This document shows positions 30,901 through 31,317 of a DNA stretch of 44,954 nt, piece after piece. Both the position numbers and the translations under genes were made by a program. Position 1 is the first letter of the stretch. Every line of letters starts with the position of its first letter. Under the pieces are notes generated by a model, which was given only the letters and a program-made list of their open reading frames with translations, was not told the DNA's origin and did not search any database. The stretch comes from Candidatus Lindowbacteria bacterium RIFCSPLOWO2_12_FULL_62_27. GTDB lineage: Bacteria; Lindowbacteria; 2-12-FULL-62-27. The stretch lies in NCBI GenBank assembly GCA_001784175.1, contig MFPR01000040.1, forward strand, positions 1 to 44,954. Reading direction: 5' to 3'.

Positions 30901-31317
30901 CACGTTCCCGGGGCCGCTGCGCGTGTTCGACCCGTTGTTCGTCGTGTTGTTGGCGTCGGTGATGACAAACGTGTAGACTTCGCCCGCCGCCACGTTGTTC
31001 ACGCTGGTAAGAGTAAACTGAATGTCGGTTACGGTCACGGGGTTCGTGCCGCTGCTGTTGTTCAACGTGATCGTGCCCCACCGGAATGCCTCCCCGGGCA
31101 TCGCCGCCTGGTTCGAGATCACCAGACTCGTGATCGACCCGCTGCTCAGATTCGCCGCCGCCGGCCCCGCCAGGATCGCCTGTACGAGAAGAATGCACCC
31201 GATCAGAACGCAACCGAATTCTCCTCCTGCCTTTCTCACTGCCTTTCTCCCCCCTCCCCCCTTGTGGGGGAGGCTGGGTGGGGGGTTTTTGGGGTGTCTT
31301 TCATTGGGCTGTCTCAT
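1..31317 (-). CDS. Giant secreted/surface repeat protein (>=10,400 aa; Ig-like and FlgD-Ig-like domains), 3' end beyond the window
   Basis: Manual translation of the minus frame with codons at 3k-2..3k reads MRQPNERHPKNPPPSLPHKGGGGRKAVRKAGGEFGCVLIGCILLVQAILAGPAAA|NLSSGS... (Sec signal, AxA site) and is still in frame at position 1 (...GGGVEDTIVI). No minus ORF in the track uses this frame between 1 and 31317, as expected if it has no stop. Possible starts are ATG 31317 (ATGA overlap with the upstream stop) or GTG 31239. The protein is T/S/G/V/D-rich with many 'D.AGN' Ig-like strand motifs and 'PNPFSPNGDG.ND' FlgD-Ig-like motifs. Confidence 0.93.
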   Translation of the reverse strand, partial: MRQPNERHPKNPPPSLPHKGGGGRKAVRKAGGEFGCVLIGCILLVQAILAGPAAANLSSGSITSLVISNQAAMPGEAFRWGTITLNNSSGTNPVTVTDIQFTLTSVNNVAAGEVYTFVITDANNTTNNGSNTRSGPGNVTVTLVGGNTIPVNGSLTLGSWIYVAGLADQDDQFTITAVDVNWTGGTSGGGNSVFAANATNTVSVAFTIDGLTDGQVPDIAGANSEFSLVGLNAAGTGQIDSVTVVFQRLVGDFQPYWDFEWVRLYRDANGNGSFDFGTDTFIQEFDRDGTRYLCGHPTLSTPLDASQSCTMIFQLSGSATRDLPTTYAGNASGNNNYFVAVKTGGGWDTGLVGYGDEWICTIPPTGVGFKIPNVFANPPGSNDDSAVIGPSAQVAPSNNQGGQIKEVMETPRSLTPGSLTGALERNVDAFFGSPVSLMTDLTSLDFNPTLVFAMRIIGGPTDGNHLATTMDGLVIQFPDSQGFDPRTDLRPITGDQFSGISIWENNSGDGGLTFSQGADVLLPLSPAQTVWGPGATSCTIFLQNGYTLRSTKTMDVDGTPPPADYSFWVAILTSKTIDFEDTFHLGIPDRGVIFGHGKSVRPAVTSGSGTVGSYRQQVLTFLSDVTLSGQEVPEASDPLAVVGLNVTDRGGNEPVTLNQLSFFLERAGTSFTTTDLNSLAATTASGLALYRDNDGHPDNTNGVFDPGIDTLVPLNMAKSVWPGWGGTDDPYAVLNFERSLDTQVPDNDTSENLGDDFFLVVRTSLTADNGDSFQVTFGNVLIDPEGDGIPALPAFPPNIEFYDTGQTLRSRIWTTGTAGNNTERFYTKNITVRSITSLSYTDWTTPGQLVDALSDPVNMIGINVSDGSGGSQTLEEVAVNFVYPGRADSNVLATLTTTTASGVSLYKDGNGDGLFDANVDPIISIIQPSWTGDTVKLIPVTPEAIPDASDGKDDFFVVVRTSSKANFGDTFYARIIGGALKFRVGKSDSDLAIATNFLTLGIPVEFTDLTVTGQLLKENNSPLPVIGIRMSDSGLSYEFLKEVNVKLTDTLTTNFNISDLADLTGDSRSGVSIWRDDGDGVFEQDKDTALSAQSVTYANNVVKFVFSGIKDTDLPDTKDNLTDFFVVLRPSVTINLGDDFQVSIEKNGIVLSNGYNKTTVATKTIEGGDINTTGIQDLTTTDQRIDINSLSTAFFGVNVSDANKGIKLNSVTVNVKDYNGSVSANWFASVSNASGMALYREINGNGTFDASDIANGLIQLSGTQSFLAISGGLQIILTPASPVDLPNDDVGTNNGNDFYITFKTSGYGDTGLRFNDQFQFEIPATGIQYSSNTAKQTQLSNTFRARVPTLITNLVTETSSIYLPANSETRAIIGIDAFDKDSGARLASVTVNFIDVNNFGLDDFRRTIGAGYTDTDGSSGISLWLDKGIPGVFDAPDTPIPCDVTNPQGLKVKLTPRSGIGNVADVPNVNTSDSAGADFFVVIRTATSTTWQGNAVDRTSNVNDRFGYSVDTDDVVYTETLNNNANISTTQNLTQKQPIIADTRKPLATVQQTDSAFAPVTDTTYTSGESVRMLVTLDEPVSNVPTFEVNFYNFDPTPQAGFLQDSFQAQNGNTIVISANTSTTYRMTYVPYSGNSGNTDPARVVLYFKDDVGNEAYETVPIELDTIKPSFRFIVSRDPDTIYRGGGAVANAGEVINFDVYVNPQDNDTLNVRITPNFGVIDSKFSGGGYTIQGPFTANNIGCSFSVRYTLNSSNTFENYSGTVPITITDGSNDTTNVGDSFTIVLDNQGPILISAVVPSDTNFKDGDVVTLDLTVTDQVGTDTIVTSVNYSSLDSINTDTGTINLGVTTATFIRTAHTIAPTNAIQDNVNLKLPVTLKDKAGNTSTWPDSAVVNLDNTKPTADVTLPNTGTKFNSKPITVLGTAVDPDGNTFISGIQASNLSAVYLQIWFDSSGTGNSYNLTPLVTDSPVRSESDTTAGQQPYSSWSFVLDPTALVNSKFTNSSDTGRYRILIRAQDRASNNSGYGDTIEITYDTGLTDIQAPVIGNLSASPNPFSPNGDNQNDLTFISYSLSENTDTVVVDIFSPAKNLVRTLVADSQTAGANKVSWDGKDNGNAVVAEGIYVIRLQVTDYQSNTTTETTSVRVDLTPGLVNITGLSPNPFSPNGDNLNDRTTLSFSVSNLPTSTFIGTVRITATGAQSPFTVNAPVFTSGPFTIPSPTELVWIAKQASGSAAITLSLQGTAANGTSQTGNAVSIPATTQPNDILAILSTWGSVTGVTGPGGTSTTSFDLSFDLYTKTGEIAINVRNASGASVGSLTTVPAFTGNGSYTSQWAPAAGTTPDGDYTIVVQVVDDAGNFVQSQTTVTVQTAILQVTNVQLTPTNGTISPNGDFVVDELFIAATTTKSAQLAIKIFQTSDDTIPVRTIVADTSVRAAGTYTVTWDGKNDSGVFVTSRDYVIKITAYDPNDNLTIAFDTKATIDLVSPDAPRITEADKTQNVSQTSISGIAEAGSTVELFRDATSLGLTTIATSPNGTFSFATVPLVQGYNNIYAKSKDGVGNVSTPSGSKITWTSTDSKGISADTTHLKLPRVSKINIFINKAPDTQTVLQVWGSLAGSIVRDSVVVDTKAAVNRLIAAQSGQTFDRFDTVFLGGVSGYGVDSAIEVTLRADEEFVQYNVDVSAPAPSITSIKEEVSGQVSPLNGRSPGVSAEDVQVSGRSAPAGAAAGLVRVDVTVRAPNGAVTTVTTADAGGLLDTTSSSTFDTWQVRIVNSVLVGGGEGIYQLTVATADNAGNSQSIASSFIYDVSPPQFIAAGAITVDDTAAGSKVLSAFDTSVRSSVGKVRVRTQDPGTANQIAGLNLNQTTIGARLADPAGAAVGIVRSNNGVDEVAMDLVFKVGSDGKRDGVYGVYLVAQDNAGNTTTLTDSFVVDNVGPSVIGGVFYVNNRGGTEVIAEGQVFNATTFIDTIAVLLTDSSSQNSSDIGFRFSGGVNMAASSISVTNKTTLQSIAGVVSSAGDSLLIFWLSDSTPASSGDFEVQVSAFDQFGNQRTEKRTFRYDAQAPFFSITPDTGAVVNRLDNIVVRVGDTVTGLTSAELRWIWDDNGDSQFTEAVTLLSLNASGNPGQIDTSNLSLGRPTNGSADGDYALWVRVVDKGGNVFEDTKIVRYDTVKPTRQDFLVQRGSGGVFSTIPVTATLNAQGQTIFVATSAISDSIVFAGVDMFDTVLNPNGRVSDIAKYNETTVVFFYNASNQKVGSFEFEPVADTMGRRLVGGNILDAANEAGVCTIVVTAVDAAGNFMAETATFVFDKDNPQVKIVTPPQGSQFNIGPIAVTGTASDTTGSVARVYMRVYVPGTDFGASEAVARMDSLASGAASWLGTLNFAQLGDTLGDWKIVAYAVDAAGNTGALSDTLTIRYDTGITDVTAPVISDAVVDPAVFGANGAAIKYVLSEAVDTAFVVITTSGGAAVDTIPTSAGLPQGAGQNAIVWDGRDASGNIVLDDTYSFEIRVTDKSGNKANVTVKGIKDQVPPVITLTQSPIPNPFSPAPTTPGQDDVTTIRYTTVGAANSRVEIYAKTTGALVSISATVLGDVTDTIVQWNGGGAPTPPDGLYRIVVTAVDGNGLTAQVSNEVEIDVTPFTLTGVAINPTVISPENGDGVNDFTVISYRVDGVKDSATVLFQVFTNPSDTAAVYNDSLVVNVFPASKTFTFRGKTDTGGILSSKAVRTYYWKVTGIDGTNGQVLTASGNVTIDNLRPVPPQIVTPDNLAVSVATQTVNGSAEPGAQVVLTVNGVDLAPVTSNPATGQWTTTVNIVQGDNIIYATAVDSTGNRSVRSGQQVSLNGVGQNGVSIGVESNGDPALPRASKAVLIIRGSNVDSQMAVILRGGGLDDTITLDTGTLVGQRVVGNLDMTRLDTIGVKTGDSDPAGLSVEIRAEDQYLFFRLDVSAPDATITTVREEASGQQSPINGKSAQDPTEDVLVIGRSSPPGVTGGLVRVDLTITLPNGTKSKVSTTDFPATKGNPDTNAGAFDTWIVRIPNATLIAGGDGDYKLEATTIDNAGNQDTSPALTFTFDQTSPQFSATNKIVVEADTGPSATNLPTKTLTTFDTAVRTGVGKVKVRFTDPAAPVSGQSNSGLDLNLTTSGARLVDPQGADVGIVRANNNVDEVTMDLVFDITSDGKRDGVYGIYVVVSDKAGNSDTAVDSFVIDAVGPSVIGDNFYRINNPGGFTVITEGQVFSGSDFFDSVAVYLTDSSSQTAGDLGFLYNGGVNLTASSLNMTNKTTLQSIGGVIRTVSDSLLMFQLTDSTPVSGDIEIQVTAFDRSGNQRITKRSFKYDAQGPFYAQSPETGAIVNRLDNVVVRVGDTITGVSAAQLRWIWDENGDNIFNEPATLITLNASGVAGQIDTNTLSLGRVTNGTQDGDYLLWVRVVDKAGNVTEDTKIVKYDTVRPTRVNFLVEHGASASVMETLPVTALTDTQGRTVFVATKTFGDSVTFVGVDLLDSAPSPNGKVTDVSAYNDTTRVVFVNAAGQAIGTFEFDTATDTMGRRLVGGNILDAAAEAGVCTIVVMAVDAAGNFMAETATFIFDKDAPQIRIVTPAQNAQFNVGPIAITGVASDTTGKVARVFMRVYVPDTAFGQIRKQKQDSLAIGSASWVGSVNFVLLGDTPGDWQVVAYAVDDAGNTSALSDTRTIRYDTTITDVTAPQISDATVDPGVFGAGGATIRYVVNEPIDTGLVVIKTSGGVFVDTAPTNGTPQSAGQNAIVWDGKDASGNLVADDTYFFEIQVTDRNRNRATITVSGVRDVVPPVVTLSQSPIPNPFSPAPVTPGEDDATTLRYTTIGAVTSRVDVYAKSTGAFVRQIAARFGDIADTPVTWDGAGAPTPPDGLYRIVVTAVDVNGLTAEVSSEVEIDVTPFSLTNVLLVPTLLSPENADGVSDFATLSYVVNGAKDSATMRFQVFANPTDTTAVFTDSVTVNVFPATKTFTFRGKSDTGGILSGGATKTYSWKLTAVDGGNGQILTASGNLDIDNSRPAPPQIFTSDNLAVTTTNQAVSGSAEPGAQITLNLNGTDLQPPVTANLQTGLWTAAVTLAQLAQGDNVIYATASDSAGNKSVRSGRQVTLTGVGDTGGVSIGIESGGDSVLPRPSKAVLIVRGSTVDTRTTVIVRSGALEDTIVIDTGTQVGQRVAGSVEFARLDTISVKSGDSDAIGLSVEVRADDQFVFYRLDNVAPVPTIVSAKEELSGQSSPFNGKSAQSASENVLVTGRSTPAGATGGLARVDVTITYPNQATTTKVSTTDFTGAGNPDTAVSGGAYDTWIVRIPNSTLLAGGDGDYTLVADAFDGAGNKATAAAFTFTLDQTSPTFATTGKIIVLDTGTGSKTLTNFDTTVRTAVGAVRVTLSDPAAPDASQKNAGLDLNVTTGGSRLVDPKGANVGIVRSNNAPTPGDQITMDLVFDVATDGRKDGVYGVYIAASDNAGNTAVLTDSFVIDSVGPAVVGSNYYLNNRGGGSTISEGQIFNATSAIDSIVVQLTDSSSQVSSDLGFGFSGGVNLPATSIAMTNKTTGQSVAGLVSSAGDSLLIFWLTDSTPVSGEFEVQVTAFDQGGNQRTEKRTFKYDAQAPFFTIAPDTGAKTSRLDNILVSVGDTITGVSTDTPPQLRWIWDENGDSLFTEPATPITLNASGTAGQIDTSVTSLGRVTNGTQDGDYALWVRVVDKAGNVVEDTRIVRYDTVKPTRIDFLIVHGTSASITETMPVTAVTDTQGRTVFVATRAYSDSVIFVGVDLADSSPSPNGRVTDVAAYNETTTVTFYNASNQKVGTFEFEAIADTMGRRLVGGNILDAAIEAGVCTIVVTAVDAVGNFMSETATFVFDKDNPQVKIQSPAQNAQFNIGPIAVTGAASDTTGSVARVYMRVYVPDTAFGQVRKQKQDSAVTGTASWVGTVNFTQLGDTLGDWQIVAYAVDAAGNTSVLADTLTIRYDTSITDVTPPVISDATVDPGVFGANGATIKYVLSESADTAFVVIKTSAGAAVDTVPFVGIAQGAGQNAVGWDGKDVNGNLVLDDTYTFAITVTDRSGNKSIVTVSGIKDVLPPILTLTQSAIPNPFSPGVTPGEDDVTTIRYTTVGAVSSRVDVFAKSSGILVATLVPAGITGATVSGDATDTQVVWDGSGQSDGLYRLVVTAVDGHGLTSEVSSEVEIDRTPFTLTGVAISPTVISPENADGLSDFSIISFTANGAKDSATIRFQVFANPSDTIAVFNDSVTVNVFPAVKTFTFRGKTDTGAVLSVKATKTHYWKVTAVDGNGHVLTAGGSVEIDNLRPAAPQIFTSDNAAVSAGLQTVTGQAEPGSQVVLNVNGVDAGTVTANLINGLWTATVSLSQGDNIIYGITVDTVGNRSVRSGRQVSMAGVSDTGVQIGIESNGDTVLPRASKVVLIVRGSNVDTRTTVIVRGGGVEDTIVIDTGTLIGQSVVGSVDFTRLDTIGVKSGDSDATGLSLEVRADDQFVFFRLDNAAPVTTITTQKEELSGQVRPFNAKSVQSASENILVLGRSTPAGKTGGLVRVDVTVTAPNGSVTTVKTTDAGGSIDTSVSGGGYDTWQVRIPNSTLQGGGEGEYTITAAAVDNAGNTQPLPASDKFIYDATPPAFVSVGAIDVTADTGVGAIPSKTLSSFDTTVRTGVGKVKVKMTDPGTVQVSQLSISATTTGARLVDPAGSNIGSTLSNNAVDEVTMDLVFDVAGDGRKDGVYGVYVVAQDNAGNTTTLTDSFVVDSVGPSVVGGFFWVNNQGGGDSIAEGRLFGPGATIETIAVQLTDSSSQVAGDLGFKYRGGVSLAASLITLTNKTTNQSAGGTLSSVTDSLLIFQLADSTPASGVYEILVAAFDLAGNQKTEKRGFTFDQQAPSRTALIVGSETVTVSDTIVTDTVSAVKVTFTEVGSGLSFDSVVIRLVDANNNALQGTMSNDGVSAATLTLVTTLSKTGGSDGIYRVNIRAADQANNVMTEETTTIMYDVTPPAVLSILRNGQPDDITDSRILNVRVDSFVVQLVDSFSGVDGLSAIVTLTKGVTTLTATQTTAGDSVILALSNPLDTTPEDGPYILSITRKDRAGNSGTFTRTFTFDTTAPSSAFVYPSSNQKFNSNITISGTARDTTSSISRVEIGFDTGGAGGVLQFDTATGAQNWSYFIDWSKLGVKSQYGETFVILVTRAVDAAGNAEVPADTLTIFYDTGASDITPPYVSNVSITPNPFSPNGDGVNDTADIVFVLSENASCTLLVLSTLSTDLKNALDTIAVNVSKSAGLVKFSWDGGLLDNTYDIWIVTVDASRNQITQKLGRIRLDTILPVVTITSISPSPFSPNNDNINDATTMTFSVAGVQGEDIGTLSVSDLATQQGSTNLGTTGNFTLPRTLVSPARVFFVGSGQMPANGDVNIQVVGIDENGNSINPTVSLPANGTISTSQKFSKIDAISVASVTGASQTAWDGKTGIPIIVFSSEGAVTVRAEDPSGNVISGQDNLTFSPVFKGDGTYFVTFPQGSTTLSDGVYVLVVRAQDNSGNVTVEKADVTAASSRLQINFFAVTEGRISPNGDFIKDESIISFTTTKPALLTLQILNAADSVVRTLKSDTLATQPSAAGPYAFTWNGKSDAGLVVTEGTYRAKLSALDPTLNDVVTSDTTIVVDFTKPAPPQIFTSDNLAVSVANQAVSGSADPGASVTLNLNGTDVGTVTANASTGLWSATVSNAQGDNVIYATATDAVGNKSVRSGRQVNLAGVSDTVGVGIGLESGADTVLPRASKVVLIVRASTVDTRTVVVVKGGAQEDTIVLDTGTTIGQRVVGTVEFSRLDTIVVKSGDSDASGLQVEVRAEDQYVFFRLDNVAPKPSITTIREEASGQVSPFNGKSTLDATEDVLVIGRSNPAGVTGGLARLDVTVTLPNKTTVTVKTTEFPGINNPDTNAGAVFDTWVARILNSTLVAGGDGDYQVVAVAIDNAGNLDSSTVSTFTLDQTAPAFASTAAIVVLDTAAGSKTLTSFDTSVRTAVGKVKLKFADPAPPVTTQNNAGVDINTTTSGARLIDPAGANVGIVRSNNGPTPGDEVTLDLVFDVAGDGKKDGVYGVQVVVSDNAGNTATLRDSFVIDSVGPTVVGSNFYLNERGSGATISEGQIFGATQVIDSIVVQITDSSSQVTTDLGFKFNGGVNLSGSSISATNKTTGQSVSGVVSSAGDSLVIFWLTDSTPISGDLEVQVTAFDQSGNQRTEKRTFKYDAQLPFFTISPDTGAKMNRLDSITVRVGDTVTGVSSDTPPELKWIWDENGDSAFTEPATTLSLNASGVAAQIDVSSLSLGRATGGTQDGDYALWVRVTDRAGNILEDTRILRYDTVKPTLQDFVLVHGSSASVTETIPVTKTGSGLQTVHVATRAYNDSVVFAGVDLVDTVTSPNGRVTDVTGYNDTTTLTFYNAANQKVGTLVFEAGADTLGRQLSGGNILDLASEVGVCTIVVTAADAAGNYMSETATFVFDKDLPQARIVTPAQNTQFNIGPIAVTGAASDTTGSVAKVFVRVYVPDTDMGQITKLKQDSQASGAASWIGTINFTLLGDTLGDWKIVAYAVDAAGNTGALSDTLTIRYDTGITDVTAPQISDAVVDPGVFGAAGAAIKYVLNETVDTALVVIKSSDGTFIDTVPTNGVTQGAGQNAIVWDGKDVNGNLVLDDTYSFEIRVTDRSGNKTSVTVKGIKDVLPPVLTLTQSPIPNPFSPSPATPGQDDVTTIRYTTVSAVSSRVEVYAKTTGALIATLVNVPGDVTDSLVTWTGSGAPTPPDGLYRIVVTAVDGHGLTSEASSEVQIDITPFSLTGVSITPATISPENGDAQNDFTTIRFTSDGAKDSATVLFQVFANPSDTTAVFNDSVTVNVFPASKSFIFRGKTDTGGILSPNATKTYYWKVTAIDGGNGQILTASGNVTLDNERPAPPQIFTPDNLATSAAGQTISGSVEAGALVTVNVNGSDVATVTSNATTGAWSATVGIVQGDNVVYATATDAVGNKSVRSGGEVGVNGVDTAGKAIAVSAGGDTVLPRASKVALIVRGSNVDTRTTVIVRGGGLEDTIVIDTGTLIGQSVVGPIDFTRLDTIGVKSGDSDATGLSLEVRADDQFVFFRLDNAAPVTTITTVKEELSSQAKPFNGKSVQSASENLVVIGRSTPAGKTGGLVRVDVQVTAPNGSVTTAKTTDAGGSIDTSVSGGGFDTWQVRIPNSTLVGGGEGEYTISASAVDNAGNTQAVGTTDKFVYDATPPAFTTTDWLSVESDTKPGQAATTKIISSFDSTVRTGIGKVKVKLVDPGTTGQNAGLNINATTGGARLVNPEAVNQGVTLTNNGPTPGDQITMDLVLDVVGDGKKDGVYGIYVVAQDNAGNTTTLTDSFVVDSVGPSVIDGFFWVNNQGGGDSISEGRLFGAGATIETVAVQMTDSSSQTAGELGFKYRGGVSLGASVITLTNLTTGQTIGGSLSNAGDSLLVFRLTDSTPASGAYDITVAALDAAGNQKVERRGFVFDQQAPARTTLLAGADTVTAVDTTVTDTVTQIQATFTEVGAGISFDSVLIRLLDAGGNVLQGTMTNDGVSAATLTLISPLTKTGGSDGVYRVNIRAGDKGGNVMTEETTAIVFDATAPLVANILRNGTTDNITEAELFNVRIDSFVVALVDSFSGVDGVSSIVTLTKGVALISATQTSSGDSVILTLSNPLDTASEDGQYEISVTRKDKAGNSGTFTRKFTFDTTPPSALILFPATNKQFNLNFTMSGKSSDTTSSVVRVEIGLDTGGAGGALSFDTATGTTAWSYYINWTKLGVSGAYGETVVYIVSRAIDSAGNVSVAMDTITVLYDTGATDIISPNVSDASIMPNPFSPNGDGVNDTAHILFLLSENAYCTIVITSAGAAGPENALDTVSVGALRIGGQVKFEWDGGVADNTYDVWITATDVSGNQTKQKLGQVILDTILPTVVITGVTPNPFSPNNDNLNDIATITVTVSNVESSELLERINFFHNAGDAFGSMTPLFGPVNPSKPSKLQFVKTKISNQSLTLQVNGTDATGATIQSAPVTLSSSDPVNTVYDVNTEFATVTGVSGQFSNAALASNFDFELRTKPGGNMRVELFKKDGAKVQDLVYQPPFAGSGDYTATAGPSGIADGDYDVKVTVQDLSGNLEIKTAALRAQSAVLQIVNFAVTETRISPNGDGVKDETIVSFSTTKAALLTLQVLNSSDSIVRTIRADSDVTKPSAADTYTFTWNGRTDTGSYATEGTYKVKLIAQDPTVNDVVSAELTVVADLTAPPTPRITSPDNLAVSATTQTVAGIAELGATVTVNVNGTDKGTVTASATTGEWTTTVTLSQGDNVIYATATDAVGNKSVRSGGQVSVNGADTAGKAIAVAAGGDTVLPRSSKVVLIVRGSNVDTRTTVIVRGGGVEDTIVI
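3921..7745 (-). repeat. Tandem unit B4 of the giant gene (~3.83 kb)
   Basis: Anchor QYVFFRLDNVAP at ~7715-7750. B-specific motifs WIWDENGDSAFTE (~6400-6435), PIPNPFSPSPATPGQDD (~5070-5120) and ISPENGDAQND (~4755-4785). Confidence 0.85.
7746..11815 (-). repeat. Tandem unit A1 of the giant gene (~4.07 kb)
   Basis: Anchor QFVFFRLDNAAP at ~11785-11820. A-specific motifs PNPFSPNGDGVND (~9570-9610), SPSPFSPNNDNIND (~9255-9290) and ISPNGDFIKD (~8570-8600). Confidence 0.85.
11816..15650 (-). repeat. Tandem unit B3 of the giant gene (~3.83 kb)
   Basis: Anchor QFVFYRLDNVAP at ~15620-15660. Motifs WIWDENGDSLFTE (~14300-14340), PIPNPFSPGVTPGEDD (~12975-13020) and ISPENADGLSD (~12645-12675). Confidence 0.85.
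15651..19500 (-). repeat. Tandem unit B2 of the giant gene (~3.85 kb)
   Basis: Anchor QYLFFRLDVSAP at ~19470-19505. Motifs WIWDENGDNIFNE (~18150-18187) and PIPNPFSPAPVTPGEDD (~16820-16870). Confidence 0.85.
19501..23300 (-). repeat. Tandem unit B1 of the giant gene (~3.8 kb)
   Basis: Divergent anchor EFVQYNVDVSAP at ~23265-23302. Motifs WIWDDNGDSQFTE (~21983-22020), PIPNPFSPAPTTPGQDD (~20650-20700) and ISPENGDGVND (~20333-20365). Confidence 0.82.
26700..30660 (-). repeat. Seven degenerate ~150-190 aa repeats in the N-terminal region of the giant protein (SG.S[LI][YW]RD.NG[DN]G.FD ... DFFVV.RT)
   Basis: Core motifs: LYRDANGNGSFD (~30490-30528), SGISIWENNSGDG (~29790-29826), SGLALYRDNDGHPDNTNGVFD (~29205-29265), SGVSLYKDGNGDGLFD (~28572-28617), SGVSIWRDDGDGVFE (~28068-28113), SGMALYREINGNGTFD (~27570-27617), SGISLWLDKGIPGVFD (~27017-27063). 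Each is followed by an [DN]-aromatic-aromatic strand such as DFFVVVRT. Confidence 0.8.
31249..31286. repeat. REP-like C-run/G-run palindromic element
   Basis: CCTCCCCC (31253-31260), CTTGT loop, GGGGGAGG (31266-31273) form a perfect 8-bp stem, followed by CTGGGTGGGGGG. This resembles widespread bacterial 'CCCTCCCCC..GGGGAGGG..GGGTGGGG' dispersed palindromes. It reads PPPSLPHKGGGG in the giant-gene frame. Confidence 0.6.

Noticed and set aside
31266-31294. Four G-runs as a functional G-quadruplex
   Set aside because: The runs are largely explained by the REP-like palindrome, which would compete as a hairpin. There is no independent support.
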